From Lama guanicoe (lineage: Eukaryota): DNA of 64,000 bases. A program made the translations under genes and the position numbers. Where the stretch lies: the NCBI GenBank assembly GCA_013239625.1, contig MU054098.1, forward strand, positions 1,613,104-1,677,103, written 5' to 3'. Positions 1-13,671 of this stretch are shown here, one piece after another. The notes below the pieces were generated by a model that was given only the letters and a program-made list of their open reading frames with translations, made no database searches and was not told where the DNA came from. Numbering within the stretch: the first letter of the stretch is position 1; every line of letters starts with the position of its first letter.

Positions 1-480
1 AATGTTGCTATGTGAGCTTGAAAACCATATATATATTCCATATTTCTTCTCTGAAGGAACGTGGGTATATGTGTGCATTAGATCAAGTTTATTATTTGCA
101 TTTTTTGCATCTTCTCAATATCTGGTAATTTTCGGTCTGCTTGATCTATCAGTTTCAGATATATACGAGTGAAACTCTCCCACTGTGATAGTTTTGTCAA
201 TTTCTCCTTGTAAGTCTGTCACTTAATACTCCACATATTTTTGAAGTATTTTTTCAGTGTAAAAAGATTTATATTAGTTGCATCTTCTTAGTAGCTTGAT
301 TCTGTTATTACAGTAACGTGTTTCTTCTAACCCCTATTAATGCTATATGCCTTGAATTTTCTATCAGAGAAAACCTCTCCCATTCTTTCCCTCTGCACTT
401 CTCATGTAGCTTTAATCTTGATATTTTTGTTTAAACTTATTTAACCATATTTGAATCCTAAAATAATATATTATTTAATT
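1..480 (-). mobile_element. Ancient degraded L1M fragment
   Basis: Antisense L1-like tracts (aactctcccactgtgatagttttgtcaatttctccttgtaagtctgtc); heavily decayed; boundaries approximate. Confidence 0.6.
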
Positions 481-487
481 TTGCATG

Positions 488-1305
488 TTTTTTAATTGAA
501 GTATAGTCATTTACAATGTGTTAATTTCTAGTGCACAGCAGAATGTTTCAGTCATACATACACAAACATATATTTGTTTTCATATCCTTTTTCATTATAG
601 GTTACTACAAGATATTGAATATGGTTCTCTGTGCTATACAGAAGAAATTTATTTTTTAATCTATTTTATATATAGTAATTAATATTTGCAAATCTCAAAC
701 TCCCAATTTATCCCTTCCCACCCCCTTTCCCCAGGTAACCATAAGTTAGTTTACTCTGTCTGTGAGTCTGTTTCTGTTCTGTACATAAGTTCATTAGTGT
801 CCTCTTTCTTCTTTTCATCTTTTAGAATCCACATATGGGTGATATCATATGGTATTTTTCTTTTCTCTTTCTCGCTTACTTCACTTAGAATGACAATCTT
901 CAGATCTATCCATGTTGCTGCAACTCTTTTTATGGCTGAGTAGTATTCCATTGTATGTATATACCACATCTTCCTTATCCAGTCATCTATCGATAGACAT
1001 TTAGGTTGTTTCCATGTCTTGGCTACCGTAAATAGTGCTACTGTGAACACTGGGGTGCATGTAACTTTTTGAATTAGAGCTCCCTCTGGAAAAATGCTCA
1101 GAAGTAGGATTGATGGAACATATGGTAACTCTATTTTTAGTTTTTTAAGGAATCTCCATATTGTTTTCCATAATGGCTGCACCAATTTACATTCCCACCA
1201 ACTGTATAGGAGGGTTCCCTTTCTCCACACCCTCTCCAGCATTTATCGTTTGTGGACTTTTTAATGATGGCCATTCTGATCAGTGTGAGGTGATACCTCA
1301 TTGTA
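488..1305 (-). mobile_element. 5'-truncated L1: ORF2 C-terminus, 3' UTR and A-tail
   Basis: ORF 751-1242(-) reads ...[27 protein letters not shown]...KMWYIHTMEYYSAIK, the L1 ORF2 C-terminus; T-run at 488-493. Confidence 0.95.
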
Positions 1306-2199
1306 CATACAAACACTCTACAAATGACACATGGCAAAACTAATGCTTAGAATAGTAGCCAAAATAATCACAGTTAGTAGGAAAATATGCATTTGATGTT
1401 TTCTTTCATGTAGTGAGATGTTGATTTAAAAAACACCCCTGGGGTCTCTCTACTTTCTCACATATTCCACTCCTGGAGATCAGTGTTGTGCCTTATATGA
1501 GTGGTGAATTTGAGATGAGGAACTGGTTGTATCTCTTAGCCTCTGCCTCTTTTTTTCACTTAAGATCCCACTATCTACACAGAGTATATATTCTGGTCAT
1601 CTCCTCTGTGCACTCATACAAGGGTGGCCTGAGGTTTACCAGTACTACCTGTGGCTCGGTGGCTAATTGTCTAATTCTCCAGTGTAGTGTAAGATAGACT
1701 CCTTGCTCACAGATATAAGACATATTATCCAATATCAGCTTTACCAGTTATGGAGATGATTTTGTATATCTCTTTCTTATTTGTATCTATAAATAATTTA
1801 GTGAATTCCAAACTCAAGTGGGGAAAATGGGAGCAGCCTTACAATCCCAACAGGAAGAAAGAATGAAATTGTTTTCTTCTTGTAGTTTACACAATTCAGC
1901 TTTTTCCATAAATAAATTATATTTCAGAAGATTGATTTACACACAAGTCTCCCCAAAGTTTCATGCCCAACCACTCTTGTCTCTCATCTCACATAAGTTA
2001 CTCTTATCATCTGTTCCTCTCTTCACTTTCTTGCTCTATTTTCCTGTCCTCACCTTTCACCTTCTGAATCTCTTATCTTTTTCTATAAACTAAACCAATT
2101 TGACCTCTTCAATCATCCTCTCTATTCACTGCCTGTATCCAGACCATTAAGGCCCAATGGCTATAAAATACAAAAGATTTATCTTTTTAAAATAGGTAA

Positions 2200-3384
2200 G
2201 GAATAAAAGAAAATATCTGCAAATCATATATTCATAAGGCATTAAAAATCCAGAATATACAAAGAACTCATGACTCAACAACAAAAAATCCCATTCAAAA
2301 ATGGGAAGACATTTCCCCAATGACAGTGGAGATGTAGAATAGACATTTCTCCAAAGTAAAAAGGATCAAAGAGCGTATGTCAAAATGCTTAGTATCATTA
2401 GTCATTATGGAAATGCAATGAGATATTACTTCACACATGAGGATGGCTGTCATTTAAAAAGGTAATGGAGGTTAACTGAACTTATTGTGGTAATCATTCT
2501 GCAATACATACATATATCAAATAATATGTTGTATACCTTAAACTAATACAATGGTATATGTTAATTATATCTCGATAAAATCGGAACCAAATTTTAAAAA
2601 GAACTAAGTCATGTTAAAAAACACTAATAAGCAAGTTTTGGGGAGGATGTGGAGAAACTGGAACCCTCATGCATTGCTGACAGGAATGTAAAATGGTGCA
2701 GCTGCCGTAGAAAACAGTTTGGTGGTTCCTCAAAAAATTAAATATAGAATTATCATATAATCTAGCAGTTCTACTCCTAGGTGTACCCAAAAGAACCGAA
2801 TGAAGGGAATAAACCAGATACTTGTATACCAGTGTTCATAGCAGCATTATTTACAATAGCAAAAAGGTGGGAACGACCCAAGTTTCTATCAACAATGTAT
2901 TGGTACAAAATGTGTGATATCTATATCTGTCTACTGAAAGATAGATATAGATACACACATAGACACACACAATGGGATATTATTCATCCATAAAAAGGAA
3001 AGAAATTCTGATATGTGTTATGGGTAAACTTTGAAAACATTATGGTAGGTGAATTAAGCCAGATATAAAAAGACAAATATTATATGATTCTATTTATATA
3101 AAATATATAAATAGGCAAATCCAGAGAGACAGAAAGTAGATTAGATGTTACCAGGGATGAGAAGCAGGGCAGGAAGGGAAGAATAGGAGTTATTTCTTAA
3201 TAGATACAAAATTTCTATTTGGGATGATCAAAAAGTTTTGAAAAGTTCTGAAAAGGATAGTGGTGATGGTTACATGACATTGTAAACATACTTAATGCCA
3301 CTGGATTGTATAGTTAAAAATGGTTAAAATCAGAAATTTTATATTATATATAATTTACCATAATAAAAAACTAAGAAAAAAAAA
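2200..3384 (+). mobile_element. L1MB-like 3' fragment with a second L1 3' tail nested at ~2460-2600
   Basis: ggaggatgtggagaaactggaaccctcat...gttcatagcagcattatttacaatagc; ends in gatagtggtgatggttac...ccataataaaaaa. Confidence 0.88.
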
Positions 3385-3869
3385 CAGGTGAGGCAGAAAG
3401 ACTGTGGATAATAATACTTCTATCCCTTTCAAACATGTCATATTTATATAGTAGATTATAAACTTGGGAAAACCATTCCACTTCTCTGAATTTCACCATT
3501 ATCATCCCTTAAGTGGGGATCACTTTGCACTGCAAGCCCCATAGGGTTGAAGTTCAACTGCAATCTAATGTGTCTGAAATGCCTAATAGTATATAGTATG
3601 TTCTCAGAGTACATATCCCTTTACGTTTTACCATAAGCATGTGATGTAAATTTAGTTTTGCTATTACTAATCAAAGTGGCATTGCCTGAGATTTGCTGTG
3701 AAAACAAATTGTCTGGGAAAGGAATTTTTGTTATATAACTGCAACTATGTTCTAGTCTAAGTAATTACTTAAATCACAAGTCTTGTGCAGGAAATCAGAA
3801 TTTCAAGTGATTTGGATGTCACATACACATCTTAAAGTTAAGGTTAACAGTTAAAGTTAAGTTAACAGT

Positions 3870-4690
3870 TCCCCTAAACATACTCCTCATCCAAATCTTC
3901 CATATCACTGTAAATAACACCACCATTTACCCAATTGCTCAAGCCGGAGACAACTTCCATCCTTCTCCTCCTGCCCATCCCACACTCACTCCACTACTAA
4001 ATTCAGTCTATTTTACTTCCAAAATATATCTGAGTTCTGCCTTCTCTCCATTCTCACTGACACTCTTACCACCTGAACTGCAACAAAATCTTTCGAATTG
4101 AATTCCTCACTAGCTCTCTAGACTCTCTCTTCAATCTCACATAAAATAACCAGCATGATCTTCATTATATAGAGTGGATTATGTAACACTGCTTTAAGCT
4201 CTTCAATGATTTCTAATTCATTTTGAATAAAACCCAGACTTCTTAATGTGGCTTTTCAAGCCTGTGCATGTTCTAGCCTTTGCCTATAATCCATCCTCAT
4301 CCATCGTCCATCTTCTTGTCTATCACTTACTTTGCACTCGCCACACTGGTTTTCATTCCTTAGATATGCCAAGCCTTTTATTACCTAGGGTCTTTGTGCA
4401 TACTGTGTTTCTGCCTGAAACATTGTTACCCATTCTTCATTGGGCTTCAGCTTAAATGTCACTTTCTCAGGACAACCCACCATGACCCTATAATCTAACA
4501 TAGGTTCTTCATATTACTCTCACAGCACCTGCACACTGATTTATGTACTTCTTTCTTGCCAGTTTCTTACATTATGATATGATCTCAATGAGAACTAGAA
4601 TCATAACTGTTTTATTTACCACTACATATATAGCACTACTATAGCATTGGCTGAATAGGAGACATTCGATAAATATTTGTTAAATGATCC
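3870..4690. mobile_element. L2 (L2a-like) fragment
   Basis: ccaattgctcaagcc...cagcttaaatgtcactttctcag...taaatatttgttaaatga, typical of the L2 3' region. Confidence 0.8.
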
Positions 4691-6169
4691 CATAAGTAAA
4701 ATAAGCAGTAACAACATGGTACATATCAATGTCTATGTATTTCATGAATAGGTACAATTACGTGTACTGATTTCCCACACATAAAATATTTACATGAGCA
4801 TGACAGTACATTCTCGTTACAATCAGTTAGAAGGCATTGCTCATGTATTGTAATTTCCACATAGAGCATGACCGTTTCATATTCACATAAGATTAACACA
4901 AAAAAATTTTGTGAGAGCTTTGTGGGTAAGCTATCAACATAAGTGTTCTTGCCCCTTCCAGCATGTTCACCTTATAAACAATTCAATCAAGGGAGTTATT
5001 CCCAATAAGACTACTGAAAAAGGTTAATGCTATGATGGTCTGGTTACATTATATCATCTATTACATTGCTTTTAATTTTATTTTTTCAATAGCCAGTATT
5101 TTATCTGAGTTAACCCTCCACTTACATCCAAATGCACACACTCAAACACAGAAGTTTTCACTTTTATCCACAGTATTACTTTATAAAAGAAAAAATAGAA
5201 TTTCCTTTACACTTTACAATATCATCCCCATCATTAAAAGCATAGAAAGCACATTGCGGACAGAGGTCAAACTCAGCAGTGGCATTCAGGAAGCTGGGAA
5301 GTAGGGGGCTGGCACAGATGAGTTTCAGAGGGGATTTCTGAGGAACCGATTTTGTGACATTTCTTAATGCTCCACTAGCTAAGTGTCTGTTGCTGTCCAA
5401 ATCAAGACTTTCATTATGTGACGTTCTATAAGCCCTTTACCCTGGTAAAATTGACAACAGAAAGCTACCCAGCCAAGTTAATTAGATTTTTCATTAACTT
5501 TTTAGCCCTGGTATCATTTTGCTTTCAATATGATGGAGAGTGTTTTCAAGTAACAAATTTAAGTAAGGATCATATAAACTTAATTTGGGAGGCTTCGGAT
5601 ATCCTTTGGCTAACTCTCATTAGATTGGGCTGTAATCAGTCAAAGGAGAAGGAACAGTTAGAGCAGGATATGTTCTCCAATTGAAAGTAGTTTAAAATGT
5701 GCTTTCAGGGCAGTGAGTAGTTGATTTGGTTTATATAATTTAATTAAAAGGCAACAAACCTTTAGTACTCATTCTTTCATATTAACACTCTTATGCTTGA
5801 AAGCTGTTCACACCAAATCACATCATCTTAATGTAATTATCAGCTCACTATGAAAGAAAAGTGTGGCCTAAAGTAAGATAAGGCTGTAGAATGTTAGTCC
5901 AAGAAAAGCCTTTGGCCATCACCTAGTCCAAGGATTTTCAAAGACTTGTAACAGAGAAATCCTTTCCCCAAACATTGTTTAAAATGGAAGCCATAAATAC
6001 AAAATACATGTTTATGGTAATGGGTATAATAGTTAACACTTGAATCAGATATTCTGATTCTGAATCAGGGACACTTGCCCCTAGACCATACTGCTTTGTT
6101 TAAAGGTAGGATTTTCATGGGACAATTACTGTTTCAATGTTTCTGCATTTTTAATAAGCGATTCTTTCA

Positions 6170-6570
6170 TGAGGTTCAAAATAAATTTGAGAAGTCTGTT
6201 TCTTATCCTTGCCCCCGTTTGCTCATTTCTCCTCACTGCTCCTACCCTTTGCTTATTTACCTTTGAGGTGTTTCTTTATACAAATAAAAGAAAATATGAA
6301 TACGTACTCTCATTTCACCTCTTTCTTACAAAAAAATGTAATGCAATAAACACTGTACTGACCCTTGCCTTTTTCACATTATAAAGTATGTTGGAGATCT
6401 CTCAGTATTAGTATACAGAGTGTTCATCATTACCTTTTACAATTGCTTTATGTTTATGTCATAATTTACGTAAGTGGTTCCTTTTTGAAGGGCATGGGTT
6501 GTTTCCATTTTTTGCTATTATTACAAATAATGCTGCAAAGTATTATTAAATGTATGAATGAATAAAGAAA
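6170..6570 (-). mobile_element. L1ME-like 3' fragment
   Basis: ggttgtttccattttttgctattattacaaataatgctgca motif. Confidence 0.7.
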
Positions 6571-7399
6571 CGTTGTATATACGTGTATGAGAGAAATGTA
6601 GGCTATTTGATGACTCTGTGATGTTTTGCAATATAAATCAACCCTAGGAAGAGTTTGAAAATAGGCATAATGTTCAAGATCTAAAGTTACCCTACCACCC
6701 TTTACCTTCCATCATAACAACAGCCATGGCCTCTGAGCCTTGTTCTCAGAAAAGAGAGTCATCTAATAGTTTCACATACTTTAAGATGCTAGAATGGTAC
6801 TTGCTTAATGTCTGGAAATGGCAACGCCTTTTTCCAAAGGGATGATTACTAAAAATGTGATTTCAGGCCAAGTTGATAAAAGGTGGGGAAAGTGATTTGA
6901 GAAGAGATATGGAGCTTTCCTGCTATCTTTTAAATTACTTCTACCCAAAGCACGCTCCAGCTAATTATAGAAGATTGTTCTAATCTTTAGTGGTCAAGAT
7001 TTACTTATGTCATAGGAATTCAGAGATTTAACTTTTTGAAATCCCTTCAACACAAATGTGGCCTGGGTTTTGTCTTTGCAAGACTACAACATAAATGATA
7101 CAAACTGCATCCTAAGTAATTATTCTGTTTAAATTTATTAATAAGATCCTATTACCTAAGACTGATATATTTTGGGGGTTTGTTTTCATATTGGCTTATT
7201 TGCTTCAGTTGAGGATGAGATTTGGGGGCATGAAAGGGAAAAGGGGGGAAAAACAAAACAGTTTGATGAGTTTCTCTCAACAAAATATAATTAACATTTT
7301 TCTTCTTCAGGCCTTTTGAGTCCTACCACACATTTTCCTAAGCAGCTTGATTTCACAAGCTCAGGATGGTGATGGAAGAGAAAGAAGAGAACAATAATG

Positions 7400-7760
7400 A
7401 AGAGCATGGCTGTGGGCACCCACTGCCTGGACTCAAAGCCCAGCTAAATCGTTCCCTGACCTTGAGCAAGGCACTCTCTCTGCCCTTGTTTCTCGCTATT
7501 TTAAAAATATACTTAGTAACTACCTAATGGCTTTGTGTTGGTGAAATGATATAATGTATAGAAAGTACTTAGCTCAGATTATGAGCTCAATAAATGTTAA
7601 TCATTTTATTTTATTACATCTCCACTTGACTGTGGAGTCCTTGAAGGAAGGCAGGGAGTTATAAATTTCTCTCTATATTCCCACTTCTTAGCTAGGTACT
7701 GGGTACATAGTAAGTGATACATTAATGTTGACCAAATGTATGAGAATAAAGAAAGGAATG
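7400..7760. mobile_element. MIR followed by an L2 3' end
   Basis: gaccttgagcaag...aaagtacttag...ctcaataaatgtta (MIR core); gtactgggtacatagtaagtg (L2 end). Confidence 0.7.
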
Positions 7761-8864
7761 AGCTAAAGGGCACCAAGTCCTTCCTCAGTTAGGTGGAAGT
7801 CTTGTTGGCATACCACCCATTGCACTGATGAGCTAGAACAAGGGAAATGAATATTTCAGTAGAGCCATCTTAGGAAACACTGTTTCTTTGCTCCTGTTTT
7901 GCCAAATATCATACTTTATGACAGAGAGGTCTGGGGAAGATATACCATGCCTCAGGTAGCAATGTGAATTAAAACTGTCTTAACTCTAGAGGAGACATTT
8001 ATCACGCCCCTTTATTTGTTTCTGCTATGAAATAGATATACTGCTTCCTGAACACTATGGACTACTTAAGTATGCTTTAAGGGAAAGGCTCTATTCACTT
8101 TCAGATCCAAGATCCAACTAAGAACTTCATCCACTGTCCCAGGCTCTCCTTTCTCTGAAATTCTACCATGCTTTCCATCAGGACCATATATTTATTCTCT
8201 TTAGGCATCTTCCCAACTGCAGCTTCTGTTTCTTCAGTCAGGACCACATGATATAGAAATGATCCCTGGCTTTTCAAAGACAGCTATGACTTCATGTAAG
8301 TTTGTTCTTCAAAAGAGTCTTTACCTATGTTGATATAGATATATGTATATACATAGATATGTACTTCATTTTCTCCCTTTGCAAAACTCTTAATGTAAAT
8401 ACATTCACAAATTTAACAGGAAAAAACTGCCATTGTCAGATTCTGTCAAGTCATGATTTTCAGTCAGAAAATACAGTCTTTATAGCGATCATATCTGTTT
8501 CCCTGTCAACTTCTCCCCTCTCTTCCACAGAACTCTGATGACTTAGCTTAGCCACCTATATGTGTCTTTTAACATAAGCCACATCAAAAACTAATTTTAG
8601 TAGCAGGTGGGTATAATTACTAGATGATTAAATAGTTAGAAAGACATAAAATAGAGATAGATAGGCAGGCAGACAAGTAGTTCTTATATATAACACAGTT
8701 GTGGAGGCAGATGGTTCAATAATTAGTATTTAAAAAGGTAAGCAAATGATGTTTATATATTATTCACCCTTAAATGGAGCTAAATTTTAAAAGTCAAGTG
8801 TGTTATTGTTTCTCAGAAATAAAGCATCAGTAACAGCCATGATCTTTTAAAATCAAAAGCCTGC

Positions 8865-9970
8865 TTGACATTTCCACCTGAATGTTTCCAGACATCAAAA
8901 ATTTAACATCCTCTATATGGATCTCTTGATTGTTCCCCATCTCATACTGTTCTTCATCTAAGTAAATGGAATCACATTTCTCCAAGCTAGAAATCTAAGA
9001 GTTATCATAAATTCTGCTGTCTCCAACCTCTACATCCAATCCATTAATACAATCTATGATTTTACCATCAAAATTTGCAGATCTTGAACCATCAGTTTTT
9101 CTTCATGTCCACTGACACTGCTCTTATCCAGACTGCTATCATTTCTCTTTGCCATAGCATCCCTGTTTCCCTGTTTTCCAGTCTTGTGTTTCCCCATATC
9201 GATTCTACTCACAGAAACAAAAATTATTTAAAAATATAAGTCAATTCATGTCATTCCACTGATTTAAATCCTTCAGTGGCTCCCCATTGGACTTAGAGTA
9301 AAAGCCAAACTCTTTACTAAGGCTTAGAATTCTCTGTAGCAGGTGGTCCCTGCCAATTTTCCAAACTTATCTCCTGCCCCTTTCCCCTTGCTCACTCTAT
9401 TTCAGCCACTTTCATGACACTTTCTCTGATATTTCCCTACATATTTATAAATAAACATGCTTATACTTCTATTCATTGATGATCCATCTTTAGATATTAT
9501 CTGTCAACTTCCTCTTATAAAAGACGAGTACATAGCTCTCATACTCCTTTCATTTCTTGTAAAGCACCAAACACTTTCCTGCTTCCTGTCCTTTATAGGA
9601 TCTGCTTCTATTAGGAATGCTCTTTTGACTACTACCATGCCTGTCTTCACATAGACATCTTAATTTTCAGGTCTAAGTTTAAATGCCACATCCTCAAACA
9701 GATCTTCTCTAACGGTCCAATCTAAAAGATGTTGGTTCCTTATTTTTTATCTTAGCTCCTTGTCTGTCTCCTTCATTGCATTAAACAAAATTTGCAATTC
9801 CTTTACTTGTATAGTTATTTTACTTTATTTTTTATGTCTCCTTGTCTCAGTTGAATGTAAGCTTAATGAACAAGAGACCATGTAGCTCTCATTTCCATCG
9901 TACATTCACCATTTAGCACAGTGCCTGCCACACATTGCCAGTGGTCAAATATTTTTCAGTAAGTGAATAA
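8865..9970. mobile_element. L2 fragment
   Basis: ccttcagtggctccccattg...aaagccaaactc...tagcacagtgcctg...aaatatttt. Confidence 0.8.
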
Positions 9971-10174
9971 CTAAAAGCAATGTACCAAAATGTGAAAAAT
10001 CTGATTTTGACATCTCTCATTGCAAGCGAAAAACAAATAAAAACAGTTAAAAATTCTGTATAGTCTTTGTATTAATGAAAAGCCACAGGTATATCAATAT
10101 TGCATAACATTCATCCTAATTCTGATCAAACCTATATTTGTTTTAGTATATTTAATAATGTTCATAAATGTTAG

Positions 10175-10330
10175 CTGTCTTGATTGTGGTGGTGGTTTCA
10201 TTGATGTACACATCTATCCAAATTCATCAAATTGTACATCTGAAATATGTGTAGTTTACTATACAGGAATCATGTCACAATAAAGGTGTTAAATAAATAA
10301 ATAAATAAAATTAATTAAATAAATAAAAAC
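10175..10330 (+). mobile_element. Short L1M-type 3' tail with (AAAT)n tail
   Basis: cttgattgtggtggtggtttca...caataaa followed by an A-rich tail. Confidence 0.75.
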
Positions 10331-10409
10331 TTTATGGGAATAACTATTGAAATGAAAGTGCTTATAATACAGAGTTGGGAAATAAAACAAGTTTTAAATG
10401 AAAAAAGTC

Positions 10410-11030
10410 ATTCTGGTTATGCTTGGCCATTTACATTTCCATGTAAATTTTAGAATCAACTTGTCAATTAGTATTTAAGGGGAAAACATACTGAAATTTT
10501 GGATGGGGTTGCACTGACCCTCCACATCAATTTGAAAATAAGTGACATCTTTATAATATTGGGCCCTTCTATTCCATAAACAAAGTATATATCTCAATTT
10601 ATTTAAGTATTTGTAAGTTTCTGTCAGCAATATTCTGCAGTCTTTAGTGAGAAGATTTGGCATATGCTTTGTTAAATTTATTTATAAATATTTTATGGAA
10701 TTTAAAATGTTATTTTGAATCACAGTATTATTTTTTTAAAATTCAGTCTATAATTGTTGGCTGCTACTCTGCAAAATACAATTAATAATTTTATATAAAC
10801 ATGAATCCTGTGACCTTACTATAGTCATATTAATTGTAGAAATAGTTTTGCATATTCCTGAGGATTTTCTCCTGAGATTATCATGCTATCTAAAATAGAA
10901 ATAGTTACTTTATTCTTTGAACTCTTTGTTTTTATCTTGCCTTATTGAAATGGCAAAGACATCCAGAACAATGTTGAATATATGTGGTAAAAGCAACACG
11001 GAATACATGGGGTAAAAGTGGGCATCCTTG
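10410..11030 (-). mobile_element. Old L1 ORF2 fragment
   Basis: ttccatgtaaattttagaatcaacttgtcaatt; ORF 10475-10663(-) is degraded ORF2 (LNKLRYILCLWNRR). Confidence 0.8.
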
Positions 11031-11869
11031 TATCATTATTTTTACTGGTCTGTTGTTTGGATATTTCTATATGGAAAAAATACTTGGATTTGAAATTCCA
11101 AAAAAAAATGTTCATAAAAAGAAAAATAAAAAATTTCCTGAGTCTAATAAAATATAATTGGACACGGGGGCTAAACAAGGGCCATGAAGAAATAAGAGAA
11201 AACTTTTTACCTTATATGTAAGAACAATTCTTCAAAAAATTGAAAGCTATATTTATTTATTTAAGGGTAAATTTTTGGAGGTGGAGGTGCACACCAAATA
11301 TAAATAAATAAATTCCTTAAAGAATAGGTTTGACTGTCGTTATAAATGACTGTAATTTTCCTAAAGTAGTTTTCCTTGAAGAAAGCAAGCTTATTTTATG
11401 CCAGAAAAATAAGCTTATGCTGGGTCCTTAAATGTCAATAACAAAAAATATAATAGCACCATCAGTGTGATCAAGAGGCATTTGTTAACATGACCAGTTG
11501 AACATTATGATGTTCTATAAATGAAATTTCTGGCTAATGGTCCATTACTTACCATAACAACTTCAAAAGAGGGCTGGCTTTCTGAAGAAACAGCATGCAT
11601 GCTTGACATCTTACTGCTTTCTATTCATGAGTCAGATTCTAGAGGTCAGGCAACACTCCCATGCAGAACTTTTAAGTAAGAACCTCCCACTGATTTCAAA
11701 GTCACCTTCACACAAAGAAAAATTCCATACAGTATAGGAGAAAGGACCATGCAAAAGGGGCAACATATAAACCTGTATCTACTAATTATCTATCTGTCTA
11801 TTGATCTATCTAAGAAGCAGAAATGTGAACATCGCTTCTTCTTGTATTTTACCTTACTTTTTAAATATT

Positions 11870-12450
11870 GTGCTTTTAATTAAATTAGTGTATTTACATC
11901 ATTTCAAAATTCAATAGTTCTATATGACTTAAATAGAAATCAGTGGTCCCCTGCTCCTTCCCTCTATACCCCCCGTTTCCCTCTCTCCATAGGAAATGTT
12001 TATTTAGTTGTTTCTTTTGGCATTTACCTCCATGGTTGCAAATAACATGCTTATGATTTTTTTTGATTTTCAATTTTATTATACTTTCTATCATCTTCCT
12101 GCTGTTAACAAAGACGTCACTCTTACACACACACACGTACTCCTTTTCCCGTCCTCACCATAGACTTACATAATTATTTTGGGTTAAATATTCAATGCTT
12201 GAATTATATAACTCCTCAGACTCCATAACTACTATTAACAGCTAACTAACAATTTTTAGTTTTTTTACCCCTATGCCATGACTTGCCATTTGTTTATCCG
12301 CTTTTCAGCTTCCAAAATTGTGTTAACATTTCATCTGCTCTGCTGTTTCCTTTTTCCTGTGGATTAATGTCTTTTTATCCTATTAGTGGAGTTAAGGAGG
12401 GAGCAGAGATTAATGCATGTTCACTCTGCCATGTTTAACTGGAAGTTGGC
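11870..12450 (-). mobile_element. Old L1M 3' fragment
   Basis: Degraded antisense L1 3' UTR-like sequence (tagttgtttcttttggcatttacctcc...). Confidence 0.5.
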
Positions 12451-13671
12451 ATTGACTTTCTTGATAGATGAAAATAAACTGTACACAAATCATTTCATGC
12501 CCTGCTACCATTCCGAAATGAATCTGTCAATTATTTCCTGAGCTTAACCTGTTCTAATGATGGCAAAGTTCTGAGTTAAAAATCACTGTTAAGGGTCAGT
12601 TATGTCTAACTTGTTCCTGAGTCACAGCCTTAACTTAACCTTCATTCCAAGAGAGCTCACAAATGTGATCTATAGCAGAACCAGGGGAAGAATTATATAT
12701 AGTTCTTTTTACTTCCATCCTGCAGACTAGGGAAGTTACTCACAAATATTTTTTGTAAAAAATAGTTATAATTCTAATTACTAAGCAGGTAGCATGTCCT
12801 CAAACAATAGTCTGAGTTTTCTCATGTCTTATCATCATTCTTAAGAGCTCTATTTCCTGAATGTGTAGAGTCCTATATGATCAGCCTCAGAATAAATCCA
12901 ATCCTCCAAGTACATGACAGCTCTTTTTTGAGTGTTTTGAGAGCTGTGATTAAATGCTCAGCAGTGGCAGCAAGACAGAAACTCAGGTAGTGTTATGATG
13001 CTTAGGGACAGGGATGCCTGCTTCCATCGCCCTGCTGAGGCAGAAGGGTATGTAGAAACACTACAGGACTGGGCTGGAAGAGAGCTGGGGCCCATTTAAA
13101 GCTTTGACTTGACACTGGTGATATAGTCTATCTGCTAGACACACCAATGTCTTCAGCTGCTCTGCCCAGAACTAGGATGCATAAAGTCATCCAACTAGTG
13201 TTGACCTTGCTTAACCTTAGCACTTCACACCCTCCACTGGAAGAGAGAGAGCTTTCTGTCTGCATTTGCCTTCACTGCTTAAGTAACTCTGACGTAATTA
13301 AAAAGCAATAATGTTTAACTCTTCTCTGCTAAATATACTTCAGCAATGATTCTTTGCAAATCAGCTATTGTTTAATTAAAACACAATAAATGCCTCTTTA
13401 TATCTAATAAAATGCTCTTGTAAGGCAGGTAATTTACATTGCAATTATCTTTCTAGTAACAGTTTGACAATAATCTGCATTGGTATGAAAGCTCTACAAA
13501 CACAAGATAGGATATATAAATTAGTTTCAAAATCATGTTTACAGATTTGTTTAGAATTTTGCTTTGGTTGCCCCTTAGCCCTCCATTGAAACACCTGTCA
13601 TTTTTCATCTCTAAATCCCCAAATCTGATAGCATTGCCTTGATCTTTATGTTGACATTGATGAACATTTTC

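Noticed and set aside
751..1337. ORFs of 60-163 aa as host genes (also at 13.9-15.9, 33.9-34.5, 50.2-50.6 and 61.7-62.8 kb)
   Set aside because: All are L1 ORF2 remnants or their antisense frames.
3832..3870. Short tandem duplications and mini-palindromes (also ~6042-6068, ~15199-15225, ~21961-21990, ~54366-54380)
   Set aside because: Ordinary slippage or chance events in AT-rich DNA.
5176..5400. 74-aa minus-strand ORF in unique sequence
   Set aside because: No recognised homology, no ATG start and no convincing splice boundaries.
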